This document shows positions 48,769 to 59,352 of a stretch of DNA of 64,000 nucleotides, piece after piece. Under the pieces are notes generated by a model. It did no database searches. It worked only from the letters and a program-made list of their open reading frames with translations, and had not been told where the DNA came from. A program made the position numbers and the translations under genes. The stretch lies in contig JAJYNJ010000097.1 of the NCBI GenBank assembly GCA_021786385.1, positions 18,409 to 82,408 on the forward strand. Direction: 5' to 3'. The first letter of the stretch is position 1. Every line of letters begins with the position of its first letter. The DNA is from Chloroflexota bacterium. GTDB taxonomy: Bacteria > Chloroflexota > Limnocylindria > Limnocylindrales > CSP1-4.

Positions 48769-51700
48769 CTACGGCGCGATCCGAGCCAGCCGGTTGGCGG
48801 ATAGGGCGCCTTCCGCCACCCAGACGTTCCCTGACTGGTCGATCGCTGGCCACCAGGGGCCCCCGTCGCGCGTCGGCAGCCCGATCGCTGCGACGGCGCC
48901 GCTCGCAGGGTCGTAGCGCACGATCGCGCTGCCGAGCTGGCCCACCCAGACGCGCCCCGAGCCGTCCACCGCGACACCATACCCGGCCGCCTGGGTCCCC
49001 AGGTCGATCGCCGTGATGCGTCCCGTGGCCGGATCGAGCCGTCCCAGGCTCCCGCTGAGCGTCGCGAACCAGACCGTGCCGCCCCGGTCCACCGCGATCC
49101 CGACCGGCTCTCCCTGGGTCAGCGGCTCGCGGTACTCGCGCACGAGGGCCGTCGCCGGATCGAGCACCCCCACGGCCCGCCCGTCCATCTCGGTGAACCA
49201 GAGGCGCCCATCCGGTGCGGTCGCGATCCAGTACGGGACCGCATCGGGAGTGGGGATCGCGTACTCGCGCACCGTACCGTTCGCCGGATCGAGCGCCGCG
49301 ATCCGTCCGGCCGCCTGCTCGGTGACCCAGATGAGCCCGGAGGGCGCGACGGTGATCCCGACCGGACCGGCGTTCGGGGTTGGCAAGCGGAAGGCGTGCG
49401 TCTGGCCGGTGCGGGGGTCGAGCATGCCGACCTGGTCGGTGGCCTCCTCGGCCCACCAGACGCGACCGTCGGGCGCCACGGCCAACCCCATCACCGACCG
49501 GATCGGCGGCCCCAGCGGCAACTCGCGCACCTCGCCACTCGATGGATCGAGCGCCGCGATCTTGTTCCCATCCATCTCTCCGACCCAGACCTGGCCATTT
49601 GGCGCGACGGCGGGGATCATCAGGCCGCTCCCGGGCGTCGGCATCGCGTACTCGACGATACGACCAGCGCGGTCCGTGGCGGCACGGGAGACGACGCCCC
49701 AGCGGGCCGCGGCGAAGGGAGCCGGCGGCGGCCGGCTGCCGGCCAGCGCGATCGCGACCAGGAGCGCCGCAGCGCCCAGGCTCGCACCACCGACCGGCGG
49801 CGCAAGGTGCCAGGCGCGAGTACCTGGCCGCGTGCGCCCGACCGCAGCCAGCGCCATCCCGAGCGTCGCCACCACGATGGCGAGGAGCACCTCCGCTGGA
49901 ATGCCCGGGGCGGGCGAGTCGAACGGGCTGCCCGTGGTGGAGGCCGGCTGCGGCGCGAGGGCACCGAGGGGCAGCGGCACGGGCACGTCGACCTGGCGGG
50001 TACCAGACCGCAACGTGAGCCGCGCGCTCCACTGCCCCGGGAGAGACGCGAGCGACGCGAACCCGTCGTAGGCCTGTATGGGGCCGGCGGGCGATTCTTC
50101 CCGGTCGCCAGCGCTGAGCGCGATTGGTGGGCCGGCCAGGCCGGAAGGATCGACGAGCTGTACGCGCAGGGGCACCGGCCCGCCCGCGACGGCCGGCACG
50201 TCGATGTCGATCTGGTCGAGCCCGGGGGCGCCCGGGACGATGTTGACGTCGACGGCGACCCCGTCGACGTCAACGGTGGACGAGACGAGGTTCGACGGGT
50301 TGGAGTTGGACGCGATCGTCTGCTCGAGCGACCGGATCGCCAGCTCGCCGCGCGCCGGAGTGACCTGGCTGAGTGCTGCGGCGACCCCCATGGCGGCCGC
50401 TGCCAACAGGAGCTCGGCCGCCGTGGCCCAACGCAGTCGACGGTGGCGCCCGGCCGGCGACCCGCTCGCGCCGCCGTGGGCCCGATGGCGCTCGACGGGA
50501 GCCCGGAACCGGAACGCGTTGAGGCCCGCCGGCACGAGCAGCAACCCGACCAGGGCACCCTTGAGCAGCAACGTGCGCCCGTAGCCGGTCGAGACGAGCG
50601 CGTCGGGGCTCGGGATCTGGACCACCGCCGCGAGCAGGCCGCTGCCGAGGACGAGGGCAACGGATGGAGCGGCGAGCCGGGAGAAGCGCGACAGGAGCGG
50701 CGCCAGGGGCGGCCGTTCGCCGACATCCGCAAGCGCCACCCGCGCCAGGTGGAAGAGCGTCCCCGGCCAGACGAGCGCCGCACCGAGGTGCACCGTCATC
50801 GCCAGCGTGCCCCAGGCGCTCCCCGGCCCGGCGGCCAGGTGGCTCGTCGCGGCCAACCCCACGAGCGTCACGACGCCCGCACCCCAACCCGCGACTGCGC
50901 GCAACCCAGCCGGGCGCACCACCGCGCACGCGAGCACGACGACTGCACCTGCGACGACGAGCGCGGTCTGGCCGGCGAAGGTCCCGACCGCGACCTGCGG
51001 CGCCGTCCCCAGCCCAGCCGAGCCTGCCGCCTCCGACACGATGCCCTCGATCAGCGCGCCCCAGGCGACGCCGACGACCACGGCGACCGCCGCCCGACTC
51101 GGCGCCGCCCGCTCCGGCGCCACGAAGCCTCGGGCAAGGGCGGCGAAGGCGAGCGCGCCCAACAGATAGGCAAGGGCGAGGAGCAGCGCCCAACGGGCCA
51201 CCACATCGAGCCAGCCGGGGAGCGGCGCGACCGCGGAACGGATCTGGAGCGGCGGCGCCGGGGGCAGCCGACCGGCCGCGTCGAGGATCCCGAACCCGAA
51301 CGCGCCGGACCGCGTGTGCCCGTCGATCAGCGAGAGCGTATGCCACTCCACCGTATAGCGCCCGGGTGCCAAGACCGGGAGCTCGGCCGCCATGCCGCGT
51401 GGATCGCCGGGCGGGAACGTCACGTTTGCGCCCACGGCCCCTTGCGGACCGATCACCATCAGCCCGCTGAACGAGGGGTTGAGGGGCTCGGTGAACTCGA
51501 GCCGCACGATCCGCGGCGGCGCGGCGAGACGGGCGCCTGGCGCGGGAGTGGCCGAGCCGAGCAGCGCGTGGCCGAGCGCCGTGCTGGGCGTCGCTGCTGA
51601 GAACACGGCCAAGAGCGACAGCGCGACGAGCGAGGCCGCGATCGACCGGCGGAGGCGCGCGCCGGAACGCTCGTGCCCGAGCGGCGGCCCTAATCGCTGG

Positions 51701-51843
51701 CCCAGCCATGACCGACGCGGTGCGGTGCGCCCGCCGTCGGCCGGGGCCGCGACCTCAGGAGTTGGGTGCCGGGATGCGCTGGCCAAGCAGATGCCCCAGA
51801 TCGTCGAGCGCCTGCTGGACCGTCCACGCCGCCTGCGGCGCAT
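48769..51843 (-). CDS. CopC-CopD-Ig-like-TM-Vgb-type beta-propeller fusion protein (true start unclear, probably near 51650-51790)
   Basis: CopC HALLGSATP...YTVEWHTLSLIDGHTRSG; CopD-like TMs (ATSHLAA, TVHLGAALVW, YGRTLLLK); repeated G-x-xW-xx-E...LDPxxG-xx-E blades at the C-terminus. Confidence 0.8.
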   Translation of the reverse strand: MRRRRRGRSSRRSTIWGICLASASRHPTPEVAAPADGGRTAPRRSWLGQRLGPPLGHERSGARLRRSIAASLVALSLLAVFSAATPSTALGHALLGSATPAPGARLAAPPRIVRLEFTEPLNPSFSGLMVIGPQGAVGANVTFPPGDPRGMAAELPVLAPGRYTVEWHTLSLIDGHTRSGAFGFGILDAAGRLPPAPPLQIRSAVAPLPGWLDVVARWALLLALAYLLGALAFAALARGFVAPERAAPSRAAVAVVVGVAWGALIEGIVSEAAGSAGLGTAPQVAVGTFAGQTALVVAGAVVVLACAVVRPAGLRAVAGWGAGVVTLVGLAATSHLAAGPGSAWGTLAMTVHLGAALVWPGTLFHLARVALADVGERPPLAPLLSRFSRLAAPSVALVLGSGLLAAVVQIPSPDALVSTGYGRTLLLKGALVGLLLVPAGLNAFRFRAPVERHRAHGGASGSPAGRHRRLRWATAAELLLAAAAMGVAAALSQVTPARGELAIRSLEQTIASNSNPSNLVSSTVDVDGVAVDVNIVPGAPGLDQIDIDVPAVAGGPVPLRVQLVDPSGLAGPPIALSAGDREESPAGPIQAYDGFASLASLPGQWSARLTLRSGTRQVDVPVPLPLGALAPQPASTTGSPFDSPAPGIPAEVLLAIVVATLGMALAAVGRTRPGTRAWHLAPPVGGASLGAAALLVAIALAGSRPPPAPFAAARWGVVSRAATDRAGRIVEYAMPTPGSGLMIPAVAPNGQVWVGEMDGNKIAALDPSSGEVRELPLGPPIRSVMGLAVAPDGRVWWAEEATDQVGMLDPRTGQTHAFRLPTPNAGPVGITVAPSGLIWVTEQAAGRIAALDPANGTVREYAIPTPDAVPYWIATAPDGRLWFTEMDGRAVGVLDPATALVREYREPLTQGEPVGIAVDRGGTVWFATLSGSLGRLDPATGRITAIDLGTQAAGYGVAVDGSGRVWVGQLGSAIVRYDPASGAVAAIGLPTRDGGPWWPAIDQSGNVWVAEGALSANRLARIAP

Positions 51844-52516
51844 GCAGGTTCTGCAGCCCCTGCTGGTCGAGCAGCGACGTGAGCGTGGGGCTCAGCTTGC
51901 CCCCAACGTCGGCGACCCCCACGATGGCGATCCGCTCGTGCCCGGCCGGGTCGAGGAAGAAGACGCCGTCGCTGTGGCCCACGTCGTACGTCTCGGGTTG
52001 ATGCGTCCACCAGTCGATCGGAGCGGGCGAGCCGATCGGCTCGGTCTCGTAGGCGACGCCCAAGAAGTGCCACAGGCGGGCAAGCTGATCGGCCGAACCC
52101 GTGAACAGATGCCAGTCCGCGCCCGTCAGTTGCGCATAGGCACGCAGCCGGGCAGGGGTGTCGCGCTGGGGATCGACGGTCACCTCCACGAACGCCACGC
52201 GCTCGGCGAGGCCCGCCTTCGCCACCGCCGCCTGCATCTGGAGGAACGCGCCCGTCGTGATCGGGCAGACTTCGTGGCACAGGGTGAGGAAGGGCGCCAG
52301 CACGACGTAGCGGCCGTGGAGCGACGAGAGCGAGCTAGGCTGACCGGCCGCGTCGACGAGCGGCACGGCGGGGACGGGCTCGTCGAGCTGGACGCCCGTC
52401 ACCGGCGGCAGTAGCACGCCGGAGCGACTGACGACCGCGCCGACGATGAGCAGCAGCGGCAGCAGGGCGGCAACGGCGGCGGCCAGGAACCGCAGAGGAA
52501 CGTTTCGGGGACGCAT
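51755..52516 (-). CDS. SCO/SenC-family copper chaperone
   Basis: N-terminal TM, FLTLCHEVCP (CxxxC), VTVDPQRDTP, GHSDGVFFLDP. TAGGAT lies 6 nt before the ATG. Confidence 0.92.
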   Translation of the reverse strand: MRPRNVPLRFLAAAVAALLPLLLIVGAVVSRSGVLLPPVTGVQLDEPVPAVPLVDAAGQPSSLSSLHGRYVVLAPFLTLCHEVCPITTGAFLQMQAAVAKAGLAERVAFVEVTVDPQRDTPARLRAYAQLTGADWHLFTGSADQLARLWHFLGVAYETEPIGSPAPIDWWTHQPETYDVGHSDGVFFLDPAGHERIAIVGVADVGGKLSPTLTSLLDQQGLQNLHAPQAAWTVQQALDDLGHLLGQRIPAPNS

Positions 52517-52628
52517 GGCACCATCCTAGAGCCGGCACCCGAGGCGCGTCGACGAGGGCGGGTCGGAGCGGCCGGGCGCGGCGACGGGCGATTCGGTGGC
52601 GTTCGGGTGCGGTGCCGAGGTCGCGGGC

Positions 52629-52675
52629 GCCGCGCGGTTGGGGGTGGCCGCGCGGTTGGGGGTGGCCGCGCGGTT
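52629..52675. repeat. 18-bp tandem repeat (GCCGCGCGGTTGGGGGTG)x2.6
   Basis: Exact copies start at 52629 and 52647, with a partial copy at 52665. Confidence 0.85.
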
Positions 52676-52700
52676 CCCACGGCGGTCGCGATCGGGGTAG

Positions 52701-52730
52701 GATAGAACCGACTAGCGAGTCGGTTCTATC
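52701..52730. promoter_or_regulatory. Perfect palindrome, candidate TetR operator
   Basis: GATAGAACCGACT-AGCG-AGTCGGTTCTATC (13-bp arms), 20 nt upstream of the tetR start. Confidence 0.8.
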
Positions 52731-52750
52731 TGGATCGTAGGAGTGCGCGC

Positions 52751-53428
52751 GTGAGTCCCAGGCGGCCAGCCACCGAGCCAAGCGAGAAGAGCCGGACCCG
52801 CCGAGAGCAGATCCTCGACGCGGCCTTCCACACGTTCTCCCAGCACGGGTTCCGCGAGACCGCGATGGACGAGATCGCGGCCGCGGCGAACACCTCCAAG
52901 GGTGGCATCTACTTCCACTTCCCCACCAAGGAGGCCGTCTTCCGGGAAGTGATGCGCTCGACGGCGGATCGGCTGGCGGCCAAGGTGGAGCGGGCCGTGG
53001 CCTCCGAGACGGACCCGATCGCGCGGGCCGAGGCGGCCCTTCGGACGGTGCTGCTGACATTCAGCGGTCACCGAGCCACGGCCCGGCTCCTCTTCGTGGA
53101 CGCCGTGGGTGCCGGGCGGGTCTTCCTGGCCGAGACGGCTGCCCTCCACGCGCGCTTCGCCGGGATGATCCGGACCTACCTCGAGGAGGCGGTCGACAGC
53201 GGGGCGATCCCGCCGCTTGACGCCGAGTTGACGTCGCAGGCCTGGTTCGGGGCACTCAACGAAGTCGTCGCCCGATGGTTGCTGGCGGAGGAACCGGACC
53301 GGCTGGACGACAACTATCCAGCCCTGCGCGCCATCCTGCTGCGCAGCGTCGGGGTGCCGGAGGAGCGGATCGCAGCCGGCGATCCCGCCTGGCACGGCGC
53401 CCGCTCCGACGACCGCGCTCCACGATGA
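52751..53428 (+). CDS. TetR/AcrR-family regulator, first gene of the men operon
   Basis: REQILDAA, TAMDEIAAAANTSKGGIYFHFPTKE; its stop overlaps the menF ATG. Confidence 0.93.
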   Translation: MSPRRPATEPSEKSRTRREQILDAAFHTFSQHGFRETAMDEIAAAANTSKGGIYFHFPTKEAVFREVMRSTADRLAAKVERAVASETDPIARAEAALRTVLLTFSGHRATARLLFVDAVGAGRVFLAETAALHARFAGMIRTYLEEAVDSGAIPPLDAELTSQAWFGALNEVVARWLLAEEPDRLDDNYPALRAILLRSVGVPEERIAAGDPAWHGARSDDRAPR

Positions 53429-54894
53429 CCATCCTCGAACGGGTCGACCGTCGGGCCGCGCACCCGCCAGGCCCCTGGGACGAAGCACTGCCGATCGCGG
53501 TGGCGCTGCGGGAGCTCGCGGGTGGGGCCGTACCCGGCGCGACGGACAGGCTGCTGAGCGCCACGCTGGCCTTGGGCCCGTCTGCCGCGCCGGACCCGAC
53601 CGAGCTGTTCGGGGCGGCCCTGCGGGCGGGCCTCGAAGCGTCGCTCTGGCTCCAGCCACACGAAGGGTTCGCCCTGGTGGGCCTCGGGCGTGCCTGGTCG
53701 GTCGAGGCCGCCGGGCCGGGCCGGTTCGAGGCCATCGCCGAGGCTTGGCGGCGGCGGCTCGACGGGGCCCGACTCCGCAACGATGGCGGTCGGGTGCGGG
53801 GGACCGGACCGCTCCTGCTGGGCGGCCTAGGATTCACCGGCGATCGGCCGACGGACGCGCGATGGGTGCCGTTCGGCGCCGCATCCCTCGTCCTGCCGCA
53901 GCTATTGCTGGCGTGGGCACCTGGGGGAGCGTGGCTCACGGCGTCGCTCGTGGCCCCCGAGGGAGACGACCCGGCCGATCTCGAAACGCTCTGGCGCCGA
54001 CTGGCCCGCCGCTCGGCGGCGGCGTCGCGGGACCGCTCGGCGGCGGCGTCGCCCTCCGCCCGACTGACCGTCGTGGGGGAGCAGCCGGACCGCCCCACCT
54101 GGAACCGGCTGGTGGGCAGCTTCGCGGGCGCCGTCGGCCGGGGTCGGCTCGACAAGGTGGTCCTGGCGCGCCGCGTCGACCTGGGCGCCTGGGCCGACAT
54201 CGATGCGGTCGACGCGCTCAGGCGCCTCGCTGCCACAGCACCCGAAACGACGACCTATGCCGTCGCCCGCGGGGGCATCGTCTTCCTGGGCGCCACGCCG
54301 GAGCGCCTCGTTCGGACGGAGGGGGCCGCATTCCGCACCGTCGCGGTCGCCGGGTCCATCCGGCGCGGTGCGGATGCAGCAGAGGACGCGGCGCTCGCGG
54401 CCGAGCTCCTGGCCAGCGAGAAGGACCGCGAAGAGCACGAGATCGTGGTCCAGATGCTCCGCTCGACGCTCGCTCCGATCGCGGAGCGCCTGACCGTGGC
54501 CGCGGAGCCGACGGTCGTCGCGCACCGCACGGTTCACCACCTCGTGACGCCCGTCACGGGCCGGCTGCGCGACCGCACCAGCATCCTGGCCCTGGCCCGA
54601 CGCCTGCATCCCACGCCGGCCGTCGGCGGCGAGCCGCGTGACCTGGCCCTCGAGCTGATCGCCGAGCACGAAGGCTTCGACCGCGGGTGGTACGCCGCGC
54701 CCCTCGGCTGGGTGGGAACCGATGGCGACGGTGAGTTCGTGGTCGCCCTCCGCTGTGCCGTCGTCTCGGGGACGACCGCGTCGCTCTTTGCCGGCTGCGG
54801 GATCGTGGCCGACTCGGATCCGGCCCGCGAATGGGAGGAGTCCCGGATCAAGCTGGAGGTGGTCGCGGCGGCCCTCGGGGAGCTGCGCCCGTGA
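53425..54894 (+). CDS. menF: Isochorismate synthase
   Basis: DKVVLARR, FLGATPERL, VAGSIRRG, SEKDREEH, LHPTPAVGG, RGWYAAPLGW, FAGCGIVADSDP. Confidence 0.92.
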   Translation: MTILERVDRRAAHPPGPWDEALPIAVALRELAGGAVPGATDRLLSATLALGPSAAPDPTELFGAALRAGLEASLWLQPHEGFALVGLGRAWSVEAAGPGRFEAIAEAWRRRLDGARLRNDGGRVRGTGPLLLGGLGFTGDRPTDARWVPFGAASLVLPQLLLAWAPGGAWLTASLVAPEGDDPADLETLWRRLARRSAAASRDRSAAASPSARLTVVGEQPDRPTWNRLVGSFAGAVGRGRLDKVVLARRVDLGAWADIDAVDALRRLAATAPETTTYAVARGGIVFLGATPERLVRTEGAAFRTVAVAGSIRRGADAAEDAALAAELLASEKDREEHEIVVQMLRSTLAPIAERLTVAAEPTVVAHRTVHHLVTPVTGRLRDRTSILALARRLHPTPAVGGEPRDLALELIAEHEGFDRGWYAAPLGWVGTDGDGEFVVALRCAVVSGTTASLFAGCGIVADSDPAREWEESRIKLEVVAAALGELRP

Positions 54895-56717
54895 ACGCGC
54901 GTCCGCTGCGGGCCTTCGTCGACGAGCTCGCCCGCGGCGGGATCCGCGAGGCGGTGGTCTGCCCCGGCTCCCGCTCGACGCCCCTGGCCCTGGCCCTGCG
55001 TGCGCACCCGGCGATCCGCATCCGGGTCCTGCTCGACGAGCGCGCCGCCGGGTTCTTCGCGCTGGGGCTGGCGCGGGCGAGCCGCCGACCCGTGGCGCTC
55101 CTCGCCACCTCGGGGACGGCGGCGGTCAACTTCGCCCCGGCGGTCGTGGAGGCCTTCGCCGATCGGGTCCCGCTGGTGGTCCTGACCGCCGACCGTCCGC
55201 CGGAGCTCCGGGACCGTGGCGCACCCCAGACGATCGACCAGGTGCGCCTCTACGGGACACACGCGAAGTGGTGGGCGGAGCTGCCGGTCTTCGAGGACTC
55301 GCCTGAGCTGGTCGCCCACCTCCGCTCGGTTGCCGGACGGGCCGTTGCGACCGCGTCCGCGACGCCGGCGGGGCCGGTCCACCTCAACGTTCCGTTCCGG
55401 GAGCCGCTCATCCCAGAGGGAGAGCTCGGTGCGGAGGAAGACGATCCGGCCGACCGAACCGTCTTCCCCGGCGGCGGGGGCCCATTCACGGCCGTGCTCC
55501 GGGGGCCCCGGGCGCCGGCTGCAGCGGACGTGGCCGTCCTTGCGCAGCGCCTGGCCGCGACGGAGCGCGGCCTGATCGTGGCCGGGCCGCAGGATGAGCC
55601 AGGGGTGCCGGCGGCCATCGCCCGGCTGGCCGCGGCCACGGGCTATCCGATCCTGGCCGATCCGCTCTCGCAGCTCCGCCTGGGGCCCCACGACCGCTCG
55701 CACGTGGTGGCGCGGGCCGATCTGCTCGTCCGCCGCGGGACCTGGATCGACGCCCACCGGCCGGATCTCGTGGTCCGGTTCGGGGCGATGCCGACCTCCA
55801 AGCCGATCCTCCAGTTCCTCCAGACCACGCGACCAGCCCAGCTGGTCGTAGACAGCGGTGACGGCTGGCGGGAGGCAGCGCTGCTGCCATCGGTCTTCGT
55901 CCACGCCGACGCGGCCTTGCTGGCCGACGCCCTGGCCGAGGCCCTGACCCGTGCGGCCGCGGGATCGGCCGTCGCCCGACCTGCCCACTGGGCAGACGAC
56001 TGGCTGGCGGCCGACCGGACTGCTTCGGAGGCCCTGGACGGCTGGCTGGCCACGCTGGTGGCGCGGGACGAGCCCTTCGAACCGCTCCCGTTCGTCCATC
56101 TGGCCGACCTGCTGCCGGACGGCGGGATCCTGTGGGTCGGCAGCTCCATGCCAGTGCGTGACCTAGACGCCTTCCTGCCCACCGGGCCGCGCTCGGTCCG
56201 CTGCCTGGCCAATCGCGGCGCGAACGGGATCGATGGCGTCGTCTCGAGCGCGCTGGGGGCCGCAGCCGCGGACGAGGGCCCGGTCGTCCTCGTGGTGGGC
56301 GATCTCTCCTTCCTCAACGACCTCAACGCCCTGGTGATCGCCCGAGTGCACCGCCTATCGGCGACCATCGTGCTGGTGAACAACGACGGCGGCGGAATCT
56401 TCTCGTTCCTGCCGCAGGCCCGGGCGCAGGCGCCTGGCGTAGGGCTGCCGGAGGCGTACGAGGAGCTCTTCGGGACGCCGCACGGGATCGACGTCGGACC
56501 GGTCGTCGCGGCACTCGGCGGTGAGCACCGGGTCGTCGCGCCGGGACAGGTCCGAGCGGCGCTCGCCGCGTCCATCGGTACCCCCGGGATTCGCGTCCTG
56601 GAGCTGCGCTCCGAGCGGGCCCGCAACGTCGAGCTCCACCGCGAGGCCGCCGCCGCGGTTGCCGACGCCCTGGCCGCGCTGCCGTCTCCCAGCCGATCGC
56701 GGGGGGCTGGTCGGTGA
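54891..56717 (+). CDS. menD: SEPHCHC synthase
   Basis: CPGSRSTPL, DERAAGF, TSGTAA, TADRP, GPVHLN, NRGANGIDG, GDLS, NNDGGGIF. Confidence 0.95.
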   Translation: MNARPLRAFVDELARGGIREAVVCPGSRSTPLALALRAHPAIRIRVLLDERAAGFFALGLARASRRPVALLATSGTAAVNFAPAVVEAFADRVPLVVLTADRPPELRDRGAPQTIDQVRLYGTHAKWWAELPVFEDSPELVAHLRSVAGRAVATASATPAGPVHLNVPFREPLIPEGELGAEEDDPADRTVFPGGGGPFTAVLRGPRAPAAADVAVLAQRLAATERGLIVAGPQDEPGVPAAIARLAAATGYPILADPLSQLRLGPHDRSHVVARADLLVRRGTWIDAHRPDLVVRFGAMPTSKPILQFLQTTRPAQLVVDSGDGWREAALLPSVFVHADAALLADALAEALTRAAAGSAVARPAHWADDWLAADRTASEALDGWLATLVARDEPFEPLPFVHLADLLPDGGILWVGSSMPVRDLDAFLPTGPRSVRCLANRGANGIDGVVSSALGAAAADEGPVVLVVGDLSFLNDLNALVIARVHRLSATIVLVNNDGGGIFSFLPQARAQAPGVGLPEAYEELFGTPHGIDVGPVVAALGGEHRVVAPGQVRAALAASIGTPGIRVLELRSERARNVELHREAAAAVADALAALPSPSRSRGAGR

Positions 56718-57598
56718 GCCGCCTCCTCGTGGACGGCGTCCGCTACGAAGTCCGCGTCGCGGGATCCGGTCCGCCGCTCCTCTTGCTCCACGGGTTCACC
56801 GGCCGCGGGGCCACGTGGGCCGCGCACCTGCCCGCCCTGCGGCGCGTCGCCACGACGATCGTCGTCGACCTGCTCGGCCACGGTCGTTCGGACGCGCCGT
56901 CCGACCCGGCCCGCCACGCGGTGGAGCGCCAGGCCGCCGACCTCGCGGCGATCCTCGACCGCGTCGCGGGCGTCCCGGCGAACGTCCTGGGCTACTCGTT
57001 CGGGGCCCGCATCGCCCTCCATCTCGCACTCGACGCGCCAGGAGCCGTGCGGCGTCTCGTACTCGAGAGCCCCTCGGCGGGGATCGCCGATCTCGTCGCG
57101 CGAGCGGAACGGCAGGCGGCCGACAGGGCCCTCGCCGACGCCATCGAGCGCGACGGGATCCCCGCCTTCGTCGAACGGTGGGAGGCGTCGCCGCTCTTCG
57201 CGTCCCAGACGGTGCTGCCGGCCGCGCGCCGGGCCCGCCTCCACGCCGGGCGGCTCCGCAACCTGCCAGCCGGGCTCGCCGCCAGCCTCCGTGGAGCCGG
57301 CCAGGGCGCGATGACGCCGCTCCACGCGCGCCTGGGCGCGGTCGCCTGCCCGACGCTCGTCGTCGCTGGCGCGCTCGATCCGGCCCTCGATCGTGCCCTC
57401 GTCGTCGTCGCCGGCATCCCGGGCGCCCGGCTCGACCTCGTCGCGGATACCGGGCACGCGCCCCATCTGGAGGCGCCGGCGCGGTTCCGTCACCTCGTCC
57501 TGTCGTTCCTCGCCGCGCGCGAGTCGCTGCCCGGGGCACGCCGCTCGACGCCGAACGCCACCCCCGCCCCAACACCGATCCTCGAGGAGGTCACCTGA
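56714..57598 (+). CDS. menH: SHCHC synthase
   Basis: LLHGFTG, DLLGHG, GYSFGARIAL, LESPSAG, DRALAD, HAPHLE; lies between menD and menB. Confidence 0.9.
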   Translation: MSRLLVDGVRYEVRVAGSGPPLLLLHGFTGRGATWAAHLPALRRVATTIVVDLLGHGRSDAPSDPARHAVERQAADLAAILDRVAGVPANVLGYSFGARIALHLALDAPGAVRRLVLESPSAGIADLVARAERQAADRALADAIERDGIPAFVERWEASPLFASQTVLPAARRARLHAGRLRNLPAGLAASLRGAGQGAMTPLHARLGAVACPTLVVAGALDPALDRALVVVAGIPGARLDLVADTGHAPHLEAPARFRHLVLSFLAARESLPGARRSTPNATPAPTPILEEVT

Positions 57599-58423
57599 AT
57601 GCCCAGCGTCACCTGGACTCCTGCCCACGAGTACCGCGACATCCGCTACGAGCATTCCGGCACCGGGATCGCCAAGGTCACGATCGACCGACCACACGTC
57701 CGCAACGCCTTCCGCCCGGAGACGGTGGAGCAGCTGATCGACGCGTTCCGCCGCATCCGGGACGACGGCTCGATCGGCTGCGTCCTCCTGACCGGCGCCG
57801 GAGATCGGGCGTTCTGTGCCGGAGGTGACCAGAACGCCCGGGGTGTCGGCGGGTATGTCGGTGCGGACGGGATCGCCCGGCTCAACGTCCTCGACCTGCA
57901 GCGCCAGATCCGCTCGCTGCCGATCCCGGTCATCGCGCTCGTGAACGGCTACGCGATCGGTGGCGGCCACGTGCTCCACGTCGTCTGCGACCTGACGATC
58001 GCCAGCGAGAACGCGATCTTCGGCCAGGTAGGGCCGCGGGTGGGCAGTTTCGACGCGGGATTCGGGGTCGGACTGCTGGCGCGACTGGTCGGCGACAAGA
58101 AGGCCCGCGAGATGTGGTTCCTCTGCCGCCAGTACACGGCCGCCGAGGCGCTCGAGATGGGCCTGGTCAACAAGGTCGTGCCGCTCGCGGAGTTGGAAGC
58201 CGAAGGAGTCGCCTGGGCTAACGAGATCCTCGCGATGAGCCCGACGGCGATCCGCTTCCTGAAGGCCGCCTTCGTGGCGGCCACCGACGGGCTCGCGGGA
58301 CTGCAGGAGCTGGCCGGCAACGCGACCGGTCTCTACTACACGACCGAGGAGGCCCGCGAGGGCTCCCGCGCCTTCCTGGAGAAGCGGAAGCCGGACTTCT
58401 CGCGGGTTCCGCGCCGCCCGTGA
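57599..58423 (+). CDS. menB: 1,4-dihydroxy-2-naphthoyl-CoA synthase
   Basis: [39 protein letters not shown]...FLEKRKPDF. Confidence 0.96.
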   Translation: MPSVTWTPAHEYRDIRYEHSGTGIAKVTIDRPHVRNAFRPETVEQLIDAFRRIRDDGSIGCVLLTGAGDRAFCAGGDQNARGVGGYVGADGIARLNVLDLQRQIRSLPIPVIALVNGYAIGGGHVLHVVCDLTIASENAIFGQVGPRVGSFDAGFGVGLLARLVGDKKAREMWFLCRQYTAAEALEMGLVNKVVPLAELEAEGVAWANEILAMSPTAIRFLKAAFVAATDGLAGLQELAGNATGLYYTTEEAREGSRAFLEKRKPDFSRVPRRP

Positions 58424-59352
58424 ACCAGACCCCTCGGTCCGCCCTGCAAACCTGGCTGCTGGCGATCCGGCCCGCGACGCTGCCAGCCGCGGCAAGCGGG
58501 GTGGTCGTGGGTCTCGGTGCCGCACGGGCGACCGGCGCGGCCTTCCGCCTCGATACCGCTCTCGGGTGCCTGGCGGTCGCGTTGCTGCTCCAGATCGCGG
58601 CCAACCTGGCCAACGACCTGTCCGACTTCCGACGCGGAGCCGACACGCCGGACCGGCTGGGGCCAACCCGAGTAGCGGCCGCCGGGCTGGTCAGCCTCCG
58701 CCAACTGGAGGCCGCCGTCGCGCTCGTCCTCGTCGCGGCCGGGGGGATAGGTCTCTGGCTGGCGACCGTCGGCGGGCCGGTGCTGATCGCCCTCGGTGCA
58801 GCCGCGATGGTCGCGGCGCTCACCTACACTGGGGGGCCGTTCCCGTACGGGTACCACGGCCTGGGCGAGTTGTTCGTCTTCCTCTTCTTCGGGCTCCTGG
58901 CGGTCGTCGGCACGACCGAGCTGCAGGCCGGGCGAGTGGAACCGCTGCACGTGCTCGCCGCGCTGCCGGTCGGGGCGCTCAGCACGGCGATCCTGGTCGT
59001 CAACAACCTGCGCGACGTCGCGACCGACCGGGCCGCCGGCAAGCGGACCCTCGCGGTGCGCTTCGGCGAGGGCTTCGCCCGGGCCGAGTATGCCGCCTGC
59101 CTGGTGGTCGCCTGGGCCACCCCGATCGCGCTCTTGCCGATCGCGTGGGGGCAAGGCGCCGGAGCCGGGGTCGGGCCACTCGTCCTCCTGCCGTTCCTCG
59201 CGCTGCCGCTGGCCGCACCGCTCTGGCGTACGGTCCGCTCCGACGGCGATCCGCGCCGGCTCAACCCGGTCTTGCGCGGGACGGCCCGTCTGAGCCTCGT
59301 CTTCGGCCTGCTCTTTGCCGTCGGCCTCGCCGCGGGGCCGGCGCTCTCGTGA
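58420..59352 (+). CDS. menA: DHNA polyprenyltransferase
   Basis: [52 protein letters not shown]. Confidence 0.95.
   Translation: MNQTPRSALQTWLLAIRPATLPAAASGVVVGLGAARATGAAFRLDTALGCLAVALLLQIAANLANDLSDFRRGADTPDRLGPTRVAAAGLVSLRQLEAAVALVLVAAGGIGLWLATVGGPVLIALGAAAMVAALTYTGGPFPYGYHGLGELFVFLFFGLLAVVGTTELQAGRVEPLHVLAALPVGALSTAILVVNNLRDVATDRAAGKRTLAVRFGEGFARAEYAACLVVAWATPIALLPIAWGQGAGAGVGPLVLLPFLALPLAAPLWRTVRSDGDPRRLNPVLRGTARLSLVFGLLFAVGLAAGPALS

Noticed and set aside
56714-57598. menH as the missing thioesterase
   Set aside because: Sequence and position fit SHCHC synthase, which has its own required step in the pathway.
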